NCBI GenBank assembly: GCA_965644265.1
Contig: OZ286465.1
Coordinates: 89,652,001-89,716,000 of the forward strand
Length of the DNA stretch: 64,000 bases
Reading direction: 5' to 3'
DNA from: Glycera tridactyla
Taxonomy: Eukaryota
The notes under the pieces are model-generated. The model did not search any database, was not told the DNA's origin, and saw only the letters and a program-made list of their open reading frames with translations. The position numbers and the translations under genes were made by a program. This document shows positions 21,311 through 34,599 of this stretch, in pieces (the first letter of the stretch is position 1; the number at the start of each line of letters is the position of its first letter).

Positions 21311-24300
21311 GTATGGATAATACTCATCACGCCTGATGGATTTCTACCTGTGTCTCACCCATCTCATCTTCTCATTTCACTCAGCAAGCCTTCTATCAGA
21401 CGGCTCCTCCGCACCGATTAGTGTCCGCTGAAATGAGCAGGCTCTAGGGATGCAGCGAGGTGTCAGGATTCCTTGGGTGTGTGATGTGATGACGCGAAGG
21501 ATCGCATGTTGATGCTTGACTGGAGTCGGACAACGTTAGCTGGCTACAGATTATGGATATATTCACAGCAACTAATCATGGTGAGTTACAATTAAGTCAA
21601 ATTATCGCAGGAATTTACAGTAGATTTGCTGTCCGGGATGATTCTGATGATTATGAAGATATTGATGGTGATGGTTATTGTTATCTTTTGAATCATCAAT
21701 ATTATTANNNNNNNNNNNNNNNNNNNNNNNNNNNNNNNNNNNNNNNNNNNNNNNNNNNNNNNNNNNNNNNNNNNNNNNNNNNNNNNNNNNNNNNNNNNNN
21801 NNNNNNNNNNNNNNNNNNNNNNNNNNNNNNNNNNNNNNNNNNNNNNNNNNNNNNNNNNNNNNNNNNNNNNNNNNNNNNNNNNNNNNNNNNNNNNNNNNNN
21901 NNNNNNNNNNNNNNNNNNNNNNNNNNNNNNNNNNNNNNNNNNNNNNNNNNNNNNNNNNNNNNNNNNNNNNNNNNNNNNNNNNNNNNNNNNNNNNNNNNNN
22001 NNNNATTATCACCTCCGTCATTTTCCATCAACACCACAAACACCACCGACATCAAATGATCAAGCTTATGCCGGTGCTCTTCCTGGACCCATTGTGTGCC
22101 CAAAAGTTGGATTAAATTTTTGACATCAAGCCATGCAACCTTCGACATCATCCGGTGGTGAACTCTAGCTCCCTTACCTCTGGTTATGCAACACGAGGAT
22201 GAGGTATCAAAGGAGCCTGTCGAACATCTATCACGCCTCAGAAGAGGATGTATTGCAGTTACATCGATGCCAGTTATACTGACTATGCACGGCTTGGCTG
22301 CGGAGTACCTTTTTGTAATTAGAATGAGAACGGATCGGTGTTCAGGGAAATCATCATCCGAGCAAGAATCCAGGCATGTTTCCTATTGTTCCAAAAGCTT
22401 TTGTGTAAACATTGTTGCGGTTAAATCGTCCACTCGACCTCATTGAAGGATGGTGGTAAGAGAAAGGGGGGGGGGAGAAAGGCATAGATAAAAACGAAAA
22501 AGAACGAAATGAGGATAGAAGGATATGATGAATAGGAGATTAGAATCAAACAAGGTGAAAGAAAGGTGAAAGAAAGGAAGGACATAAGGATGGAAGAAAA
22601 ATAGAGAAAGGTACGTAGGCTGAAAGAGAGAAAGAACATGACGAGAAAGAAATGAATGAGAAAGGAGTGACAGGAGGGAATGTATGAAGAATTGGATAGA
22701 TGCATGGAAGAAAGAGTGTGAAAGAGTGTATATGTAGGACATGTCATCGAGTTTGTGGAATGGACCTACTCAGCCGGGAATATAATGAGAGATAGCACTC
22801 TTCTCTGTATGCCATGCCAAAACATCATATTATGAAAGTGGTCGGACATCTGCGGGTGTAATTGACAGATCCATCTTGTCAATATTGATCGATATCATAG
22901 CATTCACCTGATATGAACCTGGATAACCTGCAGGATGAAATGAGCCAAGCCGGAATGCTGCACCTGTCAGGGATGAGCCGTTCAGCTGGATAAAATATAC
23001 ATTCTTTCATTGCGCACTCAATATCTGATAAAGCGAGCTGCGCACTGTATTCAGACAAATTCTACAAACACATGTTTAAATTTAGCGCATAGAATCCAAC
23101 TTGACTCAACTCAACTCAACGCAACAAAGGTCATCTAAAAAAATGGATCATCTTATCAAGATCAGGAGTCTATGTGGAGAAAGTGGAGAAATTGTCAGGT
23201 GCATCAGGACATACATGCGTGCTTTCCTAAGATAGGCCTGTGGTAAGGTGAGGTAAGTAAAATCTCCATCACGCAGAAGACAATTGTTCTATTCAGGTCA
23301 TATTACATGCTAATGCATATAGAGAATCAAAATAAAAGCAGTTGTTCAAACGAATTGAATAAAACAAATCAATTGAATTAGTTGTAAACATGCAATAATT
23401 TGGTTAGCATTTGGTTACATACTGATACTGATACACAATCAGATGTGCTATATTGACAGGGTTCAGGTCGATGTGGCTACTTATGCCATATATGGAAAGA
23501 GTGAAGATGGCAAAGTAAGTCCGGAGAGGCTGATATATAATCAGGCGAAGCAATACCAGTGCATATGTGTTCATACATCAGACAGACACGGTAGTGTGGA
23601 CATACATGAGAGCATACTTACATGTATGGTTATGTCACAGAGACCGTACGTCTCCTGCATGACGACATGCATAAAATACAATGAATATATGCATGATTAT
23701 ACTAACTTCATTTCTATCGTTCCAGGCACCAACCATGTTTTCATTATCAGTGATTGATGATATGATCGATGACCTCAGTAGATTCAGCAGATATAATAAA
23801 AATACAGCCAAAGAAACGAAGAATAAGAACATTATTAACGTATGATGATTGCAGAACAGTCAGTAATAAGAGTCGGCATCTGATACATCCATCAGAGATG
23901 TGTCTGCTAATGAGCACGGAGGAGTCGGCATTATTACCTGGAATTCGTCATGTTTTGGTGCAATATACATCTCAACAAGGGTTTGGGGCACTTTCATCAT
24001 CGGAGGTGATGGATATTCGGTGACGATATGAATAATATGCCAGAAGCTGCGATGAATCAGCGTGGTGTGCTCTAGATCCCAGATATCTGCCTTCCTTGTA
24101 AACTGATATGGCTGCTTGGACAAAGTGGCATTGACTCAAAGGGAGAAAATATGTTTTTTCAACCTCCCCCGAGAGTGTAAATAAAGTTTCAAATCACGTC
24201 TATACGCTAATAGATCGATGCTTGCATTGGAACATACATTATTCTGTCTGCCGTCAGATAGATGGACAGATTGATAGATGGATTAGTGGATAGGTGGGTG

Positions 24301-24928
24301 GATGGGTGGGTGGGTGGATGGATGGGGGATGGATGGATGGTTGGATGCGATAAGTAGAAATAATCTCTTCTGACATTATTATGATGATTTTACGGCATAT
24401 TACATGATGTGGGAACGATATTACTCTTTTTCACTTATCCATGCATGAGCTACATTCGAATTTGGTCACTCGGAACATCCATTGAAATGACAGCGCAATG
24501 AAAACTAAACTGCAGTCCCAAATGAGAGTGGTAAGGAGAAGGATGCTCGCAAGGCAGACATCCTTAAAAAAGACAGAAGTGAAGGTGCTCAATCTTACCA
24601 AGTACTATGTATTCGGAGGCGATGACATTGATGGAGTAACGGAATCGTCTAGTGCTCACAAAACCGGTAGAAGCCAGACAATAAACAAAGTTTATCATCT
24701 TCCAACCGTGTTAAACTTTTCACAGTGTGACTCAAAAAGCTCAAACATAGAGATAATTCATTGACATCCAGAGGCCAAAATGCCAGTGATTATTTCACAG
24801 ACGAAACCCCTGGACAACCAAAAACGAAGGAATGGTGATAAGATACAGTATTGATTAGTCTTGTATTGTTATTATTGATATCATCATTGTTATCATTATT
24901 ATTATTATTATTATTATCATTATAACTA

Positions 24929-25099
24929 GAAACCCAAGTGTCAAGGCATTTTAAACTGCCAGAACACAGTCACAATGACTTAAAAGTACAGGTAGTCATG
25001 AAGGGATCAAGACATGTCAATATAAGAGCGAGACAAGAAGAAGCCATTATTCGATTGTTTGCGACGCGATACCCAAGTGGCATGAACATTATGACATGA
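24929..25099 (+). pseudogene. C-terminal fragment of a PLE GIY-YIG endonuclease
   Basis: ETQVSRHFKLPEHSHNDLKVQVVMKGSRHVNIRARQEEAIIRLFATRYPSGMNIMT* matches the PLE pattern VxxHF...H...D.....R...E...I..L.T..P.GxN. Confidence 0.85.
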
Positions 25100-25237
25100 C
25101 AATCAGAAGGCGAACCAACTGTGACGTCATAATAGGGCTACCTAACAACGCGTCCTAGTAACAATCATAACGCGTACATTTCAAAGGGAACGCCGCCATC
25201 AAAAAGGGAACACGACCTTTACCTAAACAGCGCTGAA

Positions 25238-26960
25238 ATGGGCCGCAAAAGTGAGAAAAGGGACCGCCGTCCCAAAAAATCAGCAGTATTCATAGACAGC
25301 TCGGACGAAGAGAGGGTCAATGAAGATTTGAAGAATTTATCATCAGAGAAACAGGTAACTAAAACAAATAACTAGAATAAACCAACATCAGATCAAAGAC
25401 GAGCGACACCGCCACGACCACCAGCCATGCCTAGTCAGGACCCACAGTTCATACACACACAACCCACATACCACCAAAATACATACACACAACAACACTA
25501 TTGATCAGACCGCTATCACCAACCGACACCTGATCCCACCACCTAAAAAACACATCCAACACCAACATGCAAGCAGAAGAAACCACTTTACAAGCATAAT
25601 TCCACTACACCCACCACATACGATGGACCACCAGCCAGACTTACATACACCAACATTTGCAAACAAATCCTGTACGACCAAGTACTACACCTGTATACCT
25701 ATCCCTCACCTCTTCTAATTCCAGGAGAGATCCATCCGAGTAGACACCCCCTTCGAACAAAGAGATGTACTCAAACGTAAATACGTACCATCACGGGAGA
25801 CTCAAAAGAAGCAACGTATCCGTAGTACCACCTCCAGCAGCTCCAGTTCGAGCAGTTCCGTATCCAGCTCAAGCAGTAGCAGTAGTTGCAACACAAGCTC
25901 GAGCAGTGACTCCGAAAATGAAGAAACTAAGAGAGCCACGAAACCCAAAGCCCAAAGAAAGACGAGGAGAGTACCATCACCCACTCGTCACGATTTGGCG
26001 AAAAAACGCGACGCCACACCGGCAGAAACCACGTCACGGTTAGATCACGAACTAGAGAAACCACCAAATAAACTACAGATGGCGACACTCAACCAAAACT
26101 GAACCACCGGATTCAAGAAACCAAATACAATCAAAAAACGCAGAGACTTTAAATGTACAGTGTGCAATCACACTTTTGCCAGCCTCCAGAACCTGGTTAG
26201 ACACAGGTCAGCAAACCACCCCCATGCATTAACGGACGGGCACCAGTGTCAAATATGCAGCCGCCTTTTCACTACTAGAACTGCCTTAAATGATCATATC
26301 AAATCACGGCACCCCTGGGTAAATGAATCAGACCCGAATTGGGCAGACCATATTGCTACATACAACCCCCGACGACACGCAGACACCCCACAGAACAAAA
26401 GATGTGCGGAGGTAACACCCACAACCCCCAACGAACCCACTAGAAAGATCCACAAACCCACATCGACCAATGACTTCGATTTCACCCCAAAGAAGTTGCT
26501 AAACCCAAAGAAGGGAGCTTTCCCAACACCAGAGGTGAAAACAAGCAACGATTCGACCTACCCAGTCAATTTGATCCCCATCACTAACAACGAACCACAG
26601 AAGGACCCTAGACTTAGCGTGATGAAATTAGTAAGCGATCACAGTCTCAGTATTAATCTACTGACCAAGAGCATTAACACCCTACTGACTAGCGTAAGAT
26701 CCATTGAATACAGATTGAATACCTTATGCCAGGACAGAGCCCCTGTCGACATCAGTACTCAGACCCAGACTCAGCAGACATTTGACTCAGATACACAGAC
26801 AAAGCCAGAAACCCAGATCCAGCACCCAGACGATTTAACAAACTCTCTTTGCGAACAAGCGTCGAAAATTAGCCTGGAACAGCCACAAGTCCCCACAGAT
26901 CTCTCTATAGAAATGAAACGAATTCATATCAATGAGGACGATTGCGAAAGTCGCTTATAG
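25238..26960 (+). pseudogene. Two-exon gene (25238-25354, 25725-26960) for a ~450 aa basic/Ser-rich protein with two C2H2 zinc fingers and a coiled coil; one in-frame TGA at 26100
   Basis: ATG, 39 codons, CAG|GTAACT donor. TTCTAATTCCAG acceptor, phase 0 to 0, frame open apart from 26100-26102. Fingers FKCTVCNHTFASLQNLVRHRSANH and HQCQICSRLFTTRTALNDHIKSRH. AATAAA at 27599. Confidence 0.75.
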
Positions 26961-27826
26961 AACAACAGGCCACCAGTGGCCAATGATATGTTCCGTTCTT
27001 ATCCAAGAAATCGCCATGAAATCCATTTGAATCACTGACCCATTTATAGAATGTATTTATGAATATTTCCAATTGTAGAATCACTTTAACACTTGAATCA
27101 CCAGCCGAAATAGATACACAACATTCTCTCTCTAATGTATTTTCCATGTGTATTGATGTTAAAAATATGGAGGTAACGACAGACAGCATACATACCATAC
27201 GAAGGAGAAGGTCGAAGATGACACGCCAGTGACGAAAACAGGCAACTCATACATACCACCGCGACAGAACTCCAACATACCCGATGTTCATCTTGAAGAT
27301 AAAGAAGATTGAAGACCAGAGAACCTCGTTGGTTATTATTATTGAAAATGAACATTGACATTCTGATATGCACCAATCACGGGTGAATCAATGAACAACG
27401 ACCAACACACACACACTCACACACACATGACTATAACAAAGAAAATACACCCACACAGCCACCACCAACACAAACAGCCCAAAATCAAACACAACAGAGC
27501 ACTCACACAAGATGCTGACGCTTTGAACATGATCTCGAATTGCTCTCATAATATCTTTCTTGAAGTAGATCTATGAAAAAACAACCCCAATTCCCCCCAA
27601 TAAAGACACAGAGCAGAACGCCCCCCCTCCCACACACTTCCGTCTTTTTATCACATTAAAGGGAAATATATAGCTCGAAACACCGAGTGTATAATATTAA
27701 CCATCGCTATGAATCAAAAATCATACCCATATCCTCCACAGCGAATTATGAAATTAACAAAGCAACCAAGAAAGATGTTATGAACAATCAATGATCCCCA
27801 CGATCAGGGCGCCACAATGATCCATT

Positions 27827-27911
27827 GTGACGCAACAATCGTGAAGATCCGCCGGTAGATGGCGCACATGTACACTGTTGCTAGGAATGCCTAACAACAA
27901 GAGAGTATAAG
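27827..27911 (+). promoter_or_regulatory. Candidate PLE promoter (TGACG, X-box-like GTTGCTAGG...CCTAACAAC, TATAAG at 27906)
   Basis: Motifs read directly, about 70 nt upstream of the ribozyme. Confidence 0.45.
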
Positions 27912-27979
27912 AGGCAGACAGAGGGATGCTTGCATCACTCTGCCTGTCACGGTTAAGGGAAAAGGATCTCTCCTACCAT

Positions 27980-28021
27980 CCACCTGACGAAGGCCAGCCT
28001 AGAGGCCGAAAACGTTTGTGG
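27980..28021 (+). ncRNA. Minimal type I hammerhead ribozyme
   Basis: Stem I CCAC/GTGG, core CTGACGA (27984-27990), stem II GGCC...GGCC, GAAA (28008-28011), palindromic stem III AACGTT, NUH triplet UUU with predicted cleavage after 28017. Confidence 0.85.
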
Positions 28022-29559
28022 GAAAAAGGAAAGCAGTATCCATCTAACACCCGAAACCACAGGCAGAATTTATTTGACATACACTGACTGATTACTTGTA
28101 CTACTTAATAAACTGACAAAAAGCGAAAGGCTGCGTTTGGTTGTGGTGGTTCCACTTCACTGTTAATATTATCATTATTATTATCATTATTGTTATAGTG
28201 TAAGGAAGGAAAGTCAAAATGTATTCGTCAGCTCCGAAAAATAGTATTGTTGCTCACTGGTACATGTTCAGGTCGTAAATATCCCCAGACCGGTAGGGGA
28301 TACTGTATATGGTTCTCAGGGATCTATGTCTACCCCCCCCCCCCCCCCCCGGGACCAAGGATCAAAATATACCGCAGTATAAAAACAGATCATATGTGAG
28401 AGTTGTGGTCACATAACACATTCAAAAAGAAATTTCTAGCAGGAACATCATGTAATATGGGTTAATAGATGCATGAGTGAACAACCTCTAGAGAGACCAG
28501 CTCAGATCAGGATCCGAAGTAACAGTGGTTATGTTATCTACAGGTGACGCTTGAAAGCATTCCTGGGCACTTATCAAATATCAGTGATTCATTATCATTA
28601 TTATTATCATGATCATCATCATCATCCTCATTAGTGAGGCACCTATGAATATTCTATCGATAATGGTGCCATATAAATCCCTGTAATTATTATGATCATT
28701 CTCAGCAATCACGCAACCCAGCAGCACAGCCATCACACACAGTTGTGCTCTGTCCTCTGCATGTATCACTCACATAGATCCTGAACAAAAGATGATAGTG
28801 ATCAGAAAGCTTACCAAATGGAAGTAGCTGACAGTATATTTCCTGTGAAAGACATAAAGTTTGCTACGGGTGTAATATCTCACTGGCTCGAATCCTATCA
28901 CATTCAACATTTGCTGCTTTACATCTGCCTCGACAGCAGAGAGAAACCCATGGGTCGACAAAAGGCTTCAGGCTGAGCTTATTCCAGATTGGCCTCAGAC
29001 AGGCTATATTCAGAATTGAGCTAATAATACAGCTAATAATAGCAAGCCCACATCCTGCAACACGCGACTTGTGCTCAACTTTAGTATCAGGCTTTGTATT
29101 CTCTGTGTATGTCTTCCTGCTAAATGAAGAACAATGCACTATCCGTCTGTAAAACTTGTCATCGATGTCTCTCTGAGTTGCTGAGTCCACGCGCATGCAA
29201 ACTTAAGCACCGACCATTGGTAGATCGATTTCAATCTATCCTGGAAATATTAGAAAACGCAGATTCTGTGTGATTGATATTGACTAAGGCTCTGTGGTGA
29301 CAAGCTAACCGAAGATTTCAATTAACGAATATGAGATGGTTTACCGTTGTCCCATCAATTACTACATCACGAGATCTGATCCTCCATCTTCTGGCTTCAC
29401 ACAAGTTAGGAGCACGGTGCCAGATCGGTAGCTACCATGTGGACTGCGCACAGCAAGCTTCTTCCAAGTGATTGTAAATTGTCAGCGATGATCAAGTCTG
29501 CGATGTTATCGCAATGATAGCTGCTATGGCTGCTATTGGCTGTGCTGTTGCTGCTGGTG

Positions 29560-29830
29560 ATGTTGCTGCTGCTGCAGATGATGATGATGATGATGATGAT
29601 GAGGAGGAGGAGGATGAGGACGAGAAGGATGACGAGGAGGAGGAGGGAGACAAGGGATAGGAGATTCATCAATGGGGTCACATCAAGACGCCCATGCAAT
29701 TTGTATGGATGGGATCAACATGAATTGACATCATACGATGGTCACAGACAATGATGTCACTTCTGCTGATGATTATGATGACGGTGGTGGTAGTGGTGGT
29801 GGCGGAGAGGGTGGGAATGGATTATTATGG
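29560..29830. repeat. GAT/GAG/GGT microsatellite tracts
   Basis: Direct reading. Confidence 0.8.
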
Positions 29831-32800
29831 TGGTGCTGTTGCTGGTAGTGGCGGCGCTCGTAGTGAAGGTGGTGATGCTGGCATAGAATGGCAGCAAAAC
29901 GAGCCGATCATTCAAATATGTGAATATAGCATCTATGAAACGACAGGAATGGGAAAGTAAGGTGGTGCGTAGGTCAGGGATCGTCGGAACCATGCCCACT
30001 GGCAGTGGACATATCGAATCGATAGTAATGTAATTACAAGAAGAATCGAATTCAAATTTGCTGGCGGGCTTGAGTGTCAATAGAAAAGCTTGCTTTGGGT
30101 CATCCTTTGAATGACCCATGGATGGCAAACGTTGACTCATTTATAGATGCCGTATTAAAAGCAATAACAACTCTTTATAGTGGAGATTTCCGAGTTCAAT
30201 ACATGTTCGTGGTAGATTTCATTGATAAGGATTCGAGATCACAAGGACAGATGATATTCCCTCGATTTGAAATAAATTCTCGTAGTTGGGATCCAGCAAG
30301 TGGGCACGTTTCTGACGACCCGATTGGTTATTCAATTCGCGGATCGTTTGGTTGATTGGTCGGTTGAAGTTCAATGGATTATGAGTGCAGTGTGCCCCAG
30401 ATCTACGCAGGCATCATTGAGGCCCTTGCCACAAGATGATGGGGGCCAGACAGGTTGTCGATTGTCAGCCACTTACTGCTGGGACTAGAGTTATGTGAAG
30501 GCATTGTATGCATTGAACATACAACCAGATAAAATTGAGTTCCTGTAATCAATAATATAGTCCATGATCTTCGAATCGACTGATGAATGCGTTGCTTCCA
30601 GCCAGGGTAAAATCCCCATCACATACTGGAGAGCAGCCACCAGCCGGAGCCATATGTCATTTGGTGGCCTTCAGTTCGTGATATTCCTCCCCTAAAACAG
30701 TGAGGTGATCACATATGTGCTACATGCATTTCTTCATGTTACATCGGAGAATATCGAAAGCTTTGCATGCTGAAAGATTATAGAAATAGGATATAAATGA
30801 CATGGTTCTTAGATGCAGAATGAAAATTCTATCTTTGCTTTCGAAACAAAGCAGCATGAGTGTGTATACCATCTGGCAAAAATGAGGTAACATCAGCGTT
30901 GCGACTACTCAACAACGATTGCCATCTAACGTGGTCTCTCGATTGATGCTTTACATGAATATAACAAGTAGTTCTCACTAATATTTGAAATTATTTGATG
31001 GTTGACAGGGCATGGCTTGCTCCTTGTCTTCAATTAAACGAGGTTGGCTCTTAAACAGTGGACCTAAACATCATACAGATCTCTAGGATCTGCAATTCTT
31101 ACAGGGGACACGTTTGTGTGGAGGTGCCCGGGTGAATTCACTCCACAATCTTGCTCCACCAATGAGTCCGAGTTTAGGTTGAACACTTCCAAAAGGGTCA
31201 CAGATATCATGGATATGCCTGGACATAAATCTACTGTCGAGACGGATCTTATTGTCATGGAAATGACAGATTGGGACCCATTCACATACACCGGGATACA
31301 AAAATAGAGTTGAGTATGATATAAATGTCGATCTTTGAACCTTTCAATCCGAGACCTTGATTGGTAGAGCGTGCCGTGGTGCCGGCTAAATTGAGACATA
31401 CTGATGGTTATTTCCGAGATACATATTAAGGGCGAAGTTTTTATCCATCAAAATGGCGAATTCATGGATGGTATCCCAAAACCATGTTAGATGCCGATCT
31501 GCAGAGATAAAAATTAACCAACCTCTTCTGTAGACGATAATGTATCGTATAATAAGGCTCGACATTCGGAACGATCAAAAAATGGTCACCGTATTCGGAA
31601 AATATCTGATCAGATAGAAGAAAACAGTGGCATGTACACTTGATGCGCTCCGAACTGCATAGATACAGCTAGCGTTCATCGGCTGTTTCTTATCGTGCGA
31701 ATATTGTAAAACTCGTAATTGGAAATCCATCTTATTCTCTTCACCATGTCCTCCTCATGTCCTCTCTTATTTCCTCTCTTATTTTTCAATTAGAAGGACG
31801 TCTCTTCAACATTCGCTAAGACTGACTCGTTGGAGGAGGAGGCCCGTCATAGTGTGCTATTTTGTGGTTTGTCGATTGTTTGTTTTACTATCCGCAAGCA
31901 CTATCTGAGCTACATACAGACACCCATGCAATGGTCATGGATGGCCTCTGTTCAAGACTTCATGTGGGAAGATGAAAAGTCATACAAGTCACAGACACTC
32001 GAGTTAATTGTAGGACACTCATGATAGTCATAAGCAAAGGCAACTCCTTGGGCATATAGTCGCCTCAGAAGACACTGCACAGCCTTGGTTCATACGCTCT
32101 GCATGAATGACAATGGTGTAGCTATATAGTATCTGCGATCGTCATAGTATCAGCGAAATCTCGTGATCTATCTCCAGTGCTGCATACGTCGGGTCGCGGT
32201 CGTATTTACTCTTTCATCATGCAGTTTTTATGTGAATTTTTGTGCAACCATCAAATGGATTCGGGCGACCTGACTTGCCCCATGAAATATGATAGCGACC
32301 GCTACCTGGGCTAGTGTACACGTCCTATTCCTGAATTCTTTATATGAGCCAGATAATCAGAATAGACGTCAATCATAATAAGGAAGAGAATTTCAATTAT
32401 GTAATAGAGTATCAACAATAGGAAGAAGCAGGCAATAATGATATGTAGCGGAACTAGGCCTGGCGTGCTATGCGTGGTACGGTATAATGAATGTGGCATC
32501 TATATTACATGCGCTCTCTCCTGGGCTGTGCTTATGCCTTCATGGACGGCGGCCATTCGTCAGCACGCGGCATGTCACCAAGTGTAGTCAATCTGAATTA
32601 AGGGCGGCAGGAATCGTGACGTGTCTGGATGAAGATTTAGACGTATGTATGTGATTGCTGGGATCAGAGGAACCAAGCTATTACCACGCTGTATCCGATT
32701 GGCAGAATGACGCTCCGGGCTTGATGGTCCCTTTCCTAACATTGAATTGTCACCACATGAAGAGAACTATCACAGTTCACGGATACGGGAATTATGCACG

Positions 32801-33223
32801 CAGGTGAGTGAATGTACTTCGCGTATCAGTATCCAGTAACTAAGTGTGAGAGGAATTGTTCTCTGCATGTTCTCAATGAACAGCGCATTATATTGTACAA
32901 CTAAGATGTCCATTGTCGCGAGACATGGTATATGTCAGTTTTGTTTGTTTTTCTCTCATGCTGACCCACAACTTCGATCGCGAGTTTTATTCGCAGTCGT
33001 ATATACATTCACCTGGTATTCATGGTTATATCCTGGCATCATTATACTCTGGCAGAAAATGTGTCATACGAAATCCATATTTCCGTGGTAACTCCTTCAG
33101 AGATACAATGCTGCAGACTATCTTGTGTGCAATCTTGAAGGGGGGAGAGAAAGAGAGAGAGGGGGGAGGGACGGAGGGACGGAGAGGGAGAGATGGGCAG
33201 ACGGGGGAATCGACGAAATAACG

Positions 33224-33496
33224 TACCAGTCTATAAAGACAACCTTCGGTCGCATCAAGAAGTGGCCTTCGTACGCAAGTGGTCTTGTAGAGAGGTCATT
33301 TACTTTTTGTTTGTTCGACTATTTTGACTGATCTTAGTCCAGTACCACTGTCAGAGACTGAAAATATACGTTATTTCGTCAACCCACCCTTCTGCCCATC
33401 TCTCTGTTGAAAATACTATCATGGTTGCAGCTCAGAGTGGCCTTTATAGGCAGGTGGCCTTTATAGAAAGGTGTTACCTCGAGCAGGTCTTACTGT
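33224..33496. mobile_element. Rearranged Tc1/mariner-type MITE (same family as 49336 and 55301)
   Basis: Shares CTATAAAGAC...TTCGGTCGCATCAA...GTGGCC...AGAGAGGTCATTTACT with 55301-55477. Left TIR missing; carries an insert. Confidence 0.65.
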
Positions 33497-33589
33497 GCTT
33501 CACTACAGACAGACATATATAGACATCAAGTATCTGAGTGAGTTACTGAGTAGGTCAATGAGTCAGTGAATGGTCGAGGGATTGAGTAA

Positions 33590-33737
33590 TTGAGTGAGTG
33601 AGTGAGTGCGTGAGTGAGCGAGTGAGCGAGTGAGCGAGCGAGTGAGTGAGTGAGTGAGTGAGTGAGTCAGTCAGTCAGTCAGTCTGTCTGTCAGTCAGTC
33701 AGTTAGTCAGTCAGGCGATCAGTCAAGTCAGTCAGTT
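33590..33737. repeat. (TGAG)n/(TCAG)n microsatellite, continuing after 38948
   Basis: Direct reading. Confidence 0.85.
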
Positions 33738-34599
33738 TAGTCCAGGCAATCAAGCTGATTTTTGGGTCAAATATGGAACAAATTGCAATTTTTTTCACTG
33801 TAACGCATTGAGTCCTTAGAACAATATACTAAAAGTCCCAAGAAATCCAAGCACAGGAAATAGAACTAATTTGCATAAATCATGCAAATATATGCAAAAA
33901 ATACTGACTATCCTAGAAATACTCATTTTCACACTAAATATGCAAAGAATGCTTCAATCTTCACATATAATACACTAAAATGTTCAGAATAGTGTATACT
34001 ACATCAATTACGCAGAATTATTGGTAAACATATGGAGGAAAATGGGTATTTGGTCTCCAATATGCCATCTTTTCTTGAAAATTTCTTGTTGAAGCCTATT
34101 TATTGATGGATAATCAGCCTACAGTCATGGAATTAGAGGGAAATTCAATGGAACCCAATGCAGGGACTCTAATATACCCATTGATACCTAAACTGGTATA
34201 GACCAACCACATAGCTCATGACTGGCTTCCAAATGACGAGTTATTTCAAGTTTTCCACCCCTATTGCTCAAATGCTTGTCAACCTATCCATCTGATCTTA
34301 CTTCTTTCCTTTCCCCACACACACACAAACACATACATATTCATTGATAAACAGATATATTCATGGACATGGCAAGAATCACAGTGGATGGAATGATGCG
34401 AATACTGCATAGGCGAATATTCAACAGAAGTCTCCAATGATATTTGCATCATCTGAACCCTTGTATTGATAGCCATGCAAGCAATAAATTGCAAAGTGAA
34501 CCTCATGTCATTTCAAGAAATGGGTGACCATACTTTGCAGTAATTTGCAGTATCTGATCTTACAGAGTGTGCAAACTCTTCATACGTCCATTTCAGATG

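Larger units (their letters stand above)
24926..28140 (+). mobile_element. 5'-truncated Penelope-like retroelement (C-terminal GIY-YIG type, Neptune/Nematis-like) carrying an extra gene and a hammerhead ribozyme
   Basis: GIY-YIG C-terminus at the left end, hammerhead ribozyme near the right end, and (ATT/ATC)n microsatellite on both flanks. Boundaries approximate. Confidence 0.75.

Noticed and set aside
28581-29196. Chain of minus-strand ORFs with hydrophobic segments
   Set aside because: Frameshifted and stop-separated, no recognisable family, no convincing splice sites. Needs a profile search.
32510-32570. Minus-strand CTGACGA...ATGG/CCAT...GAAG hammerhead-like core
   Set aside because: GAAG instead of GAAA, and no valid stem III or NUH triplet.
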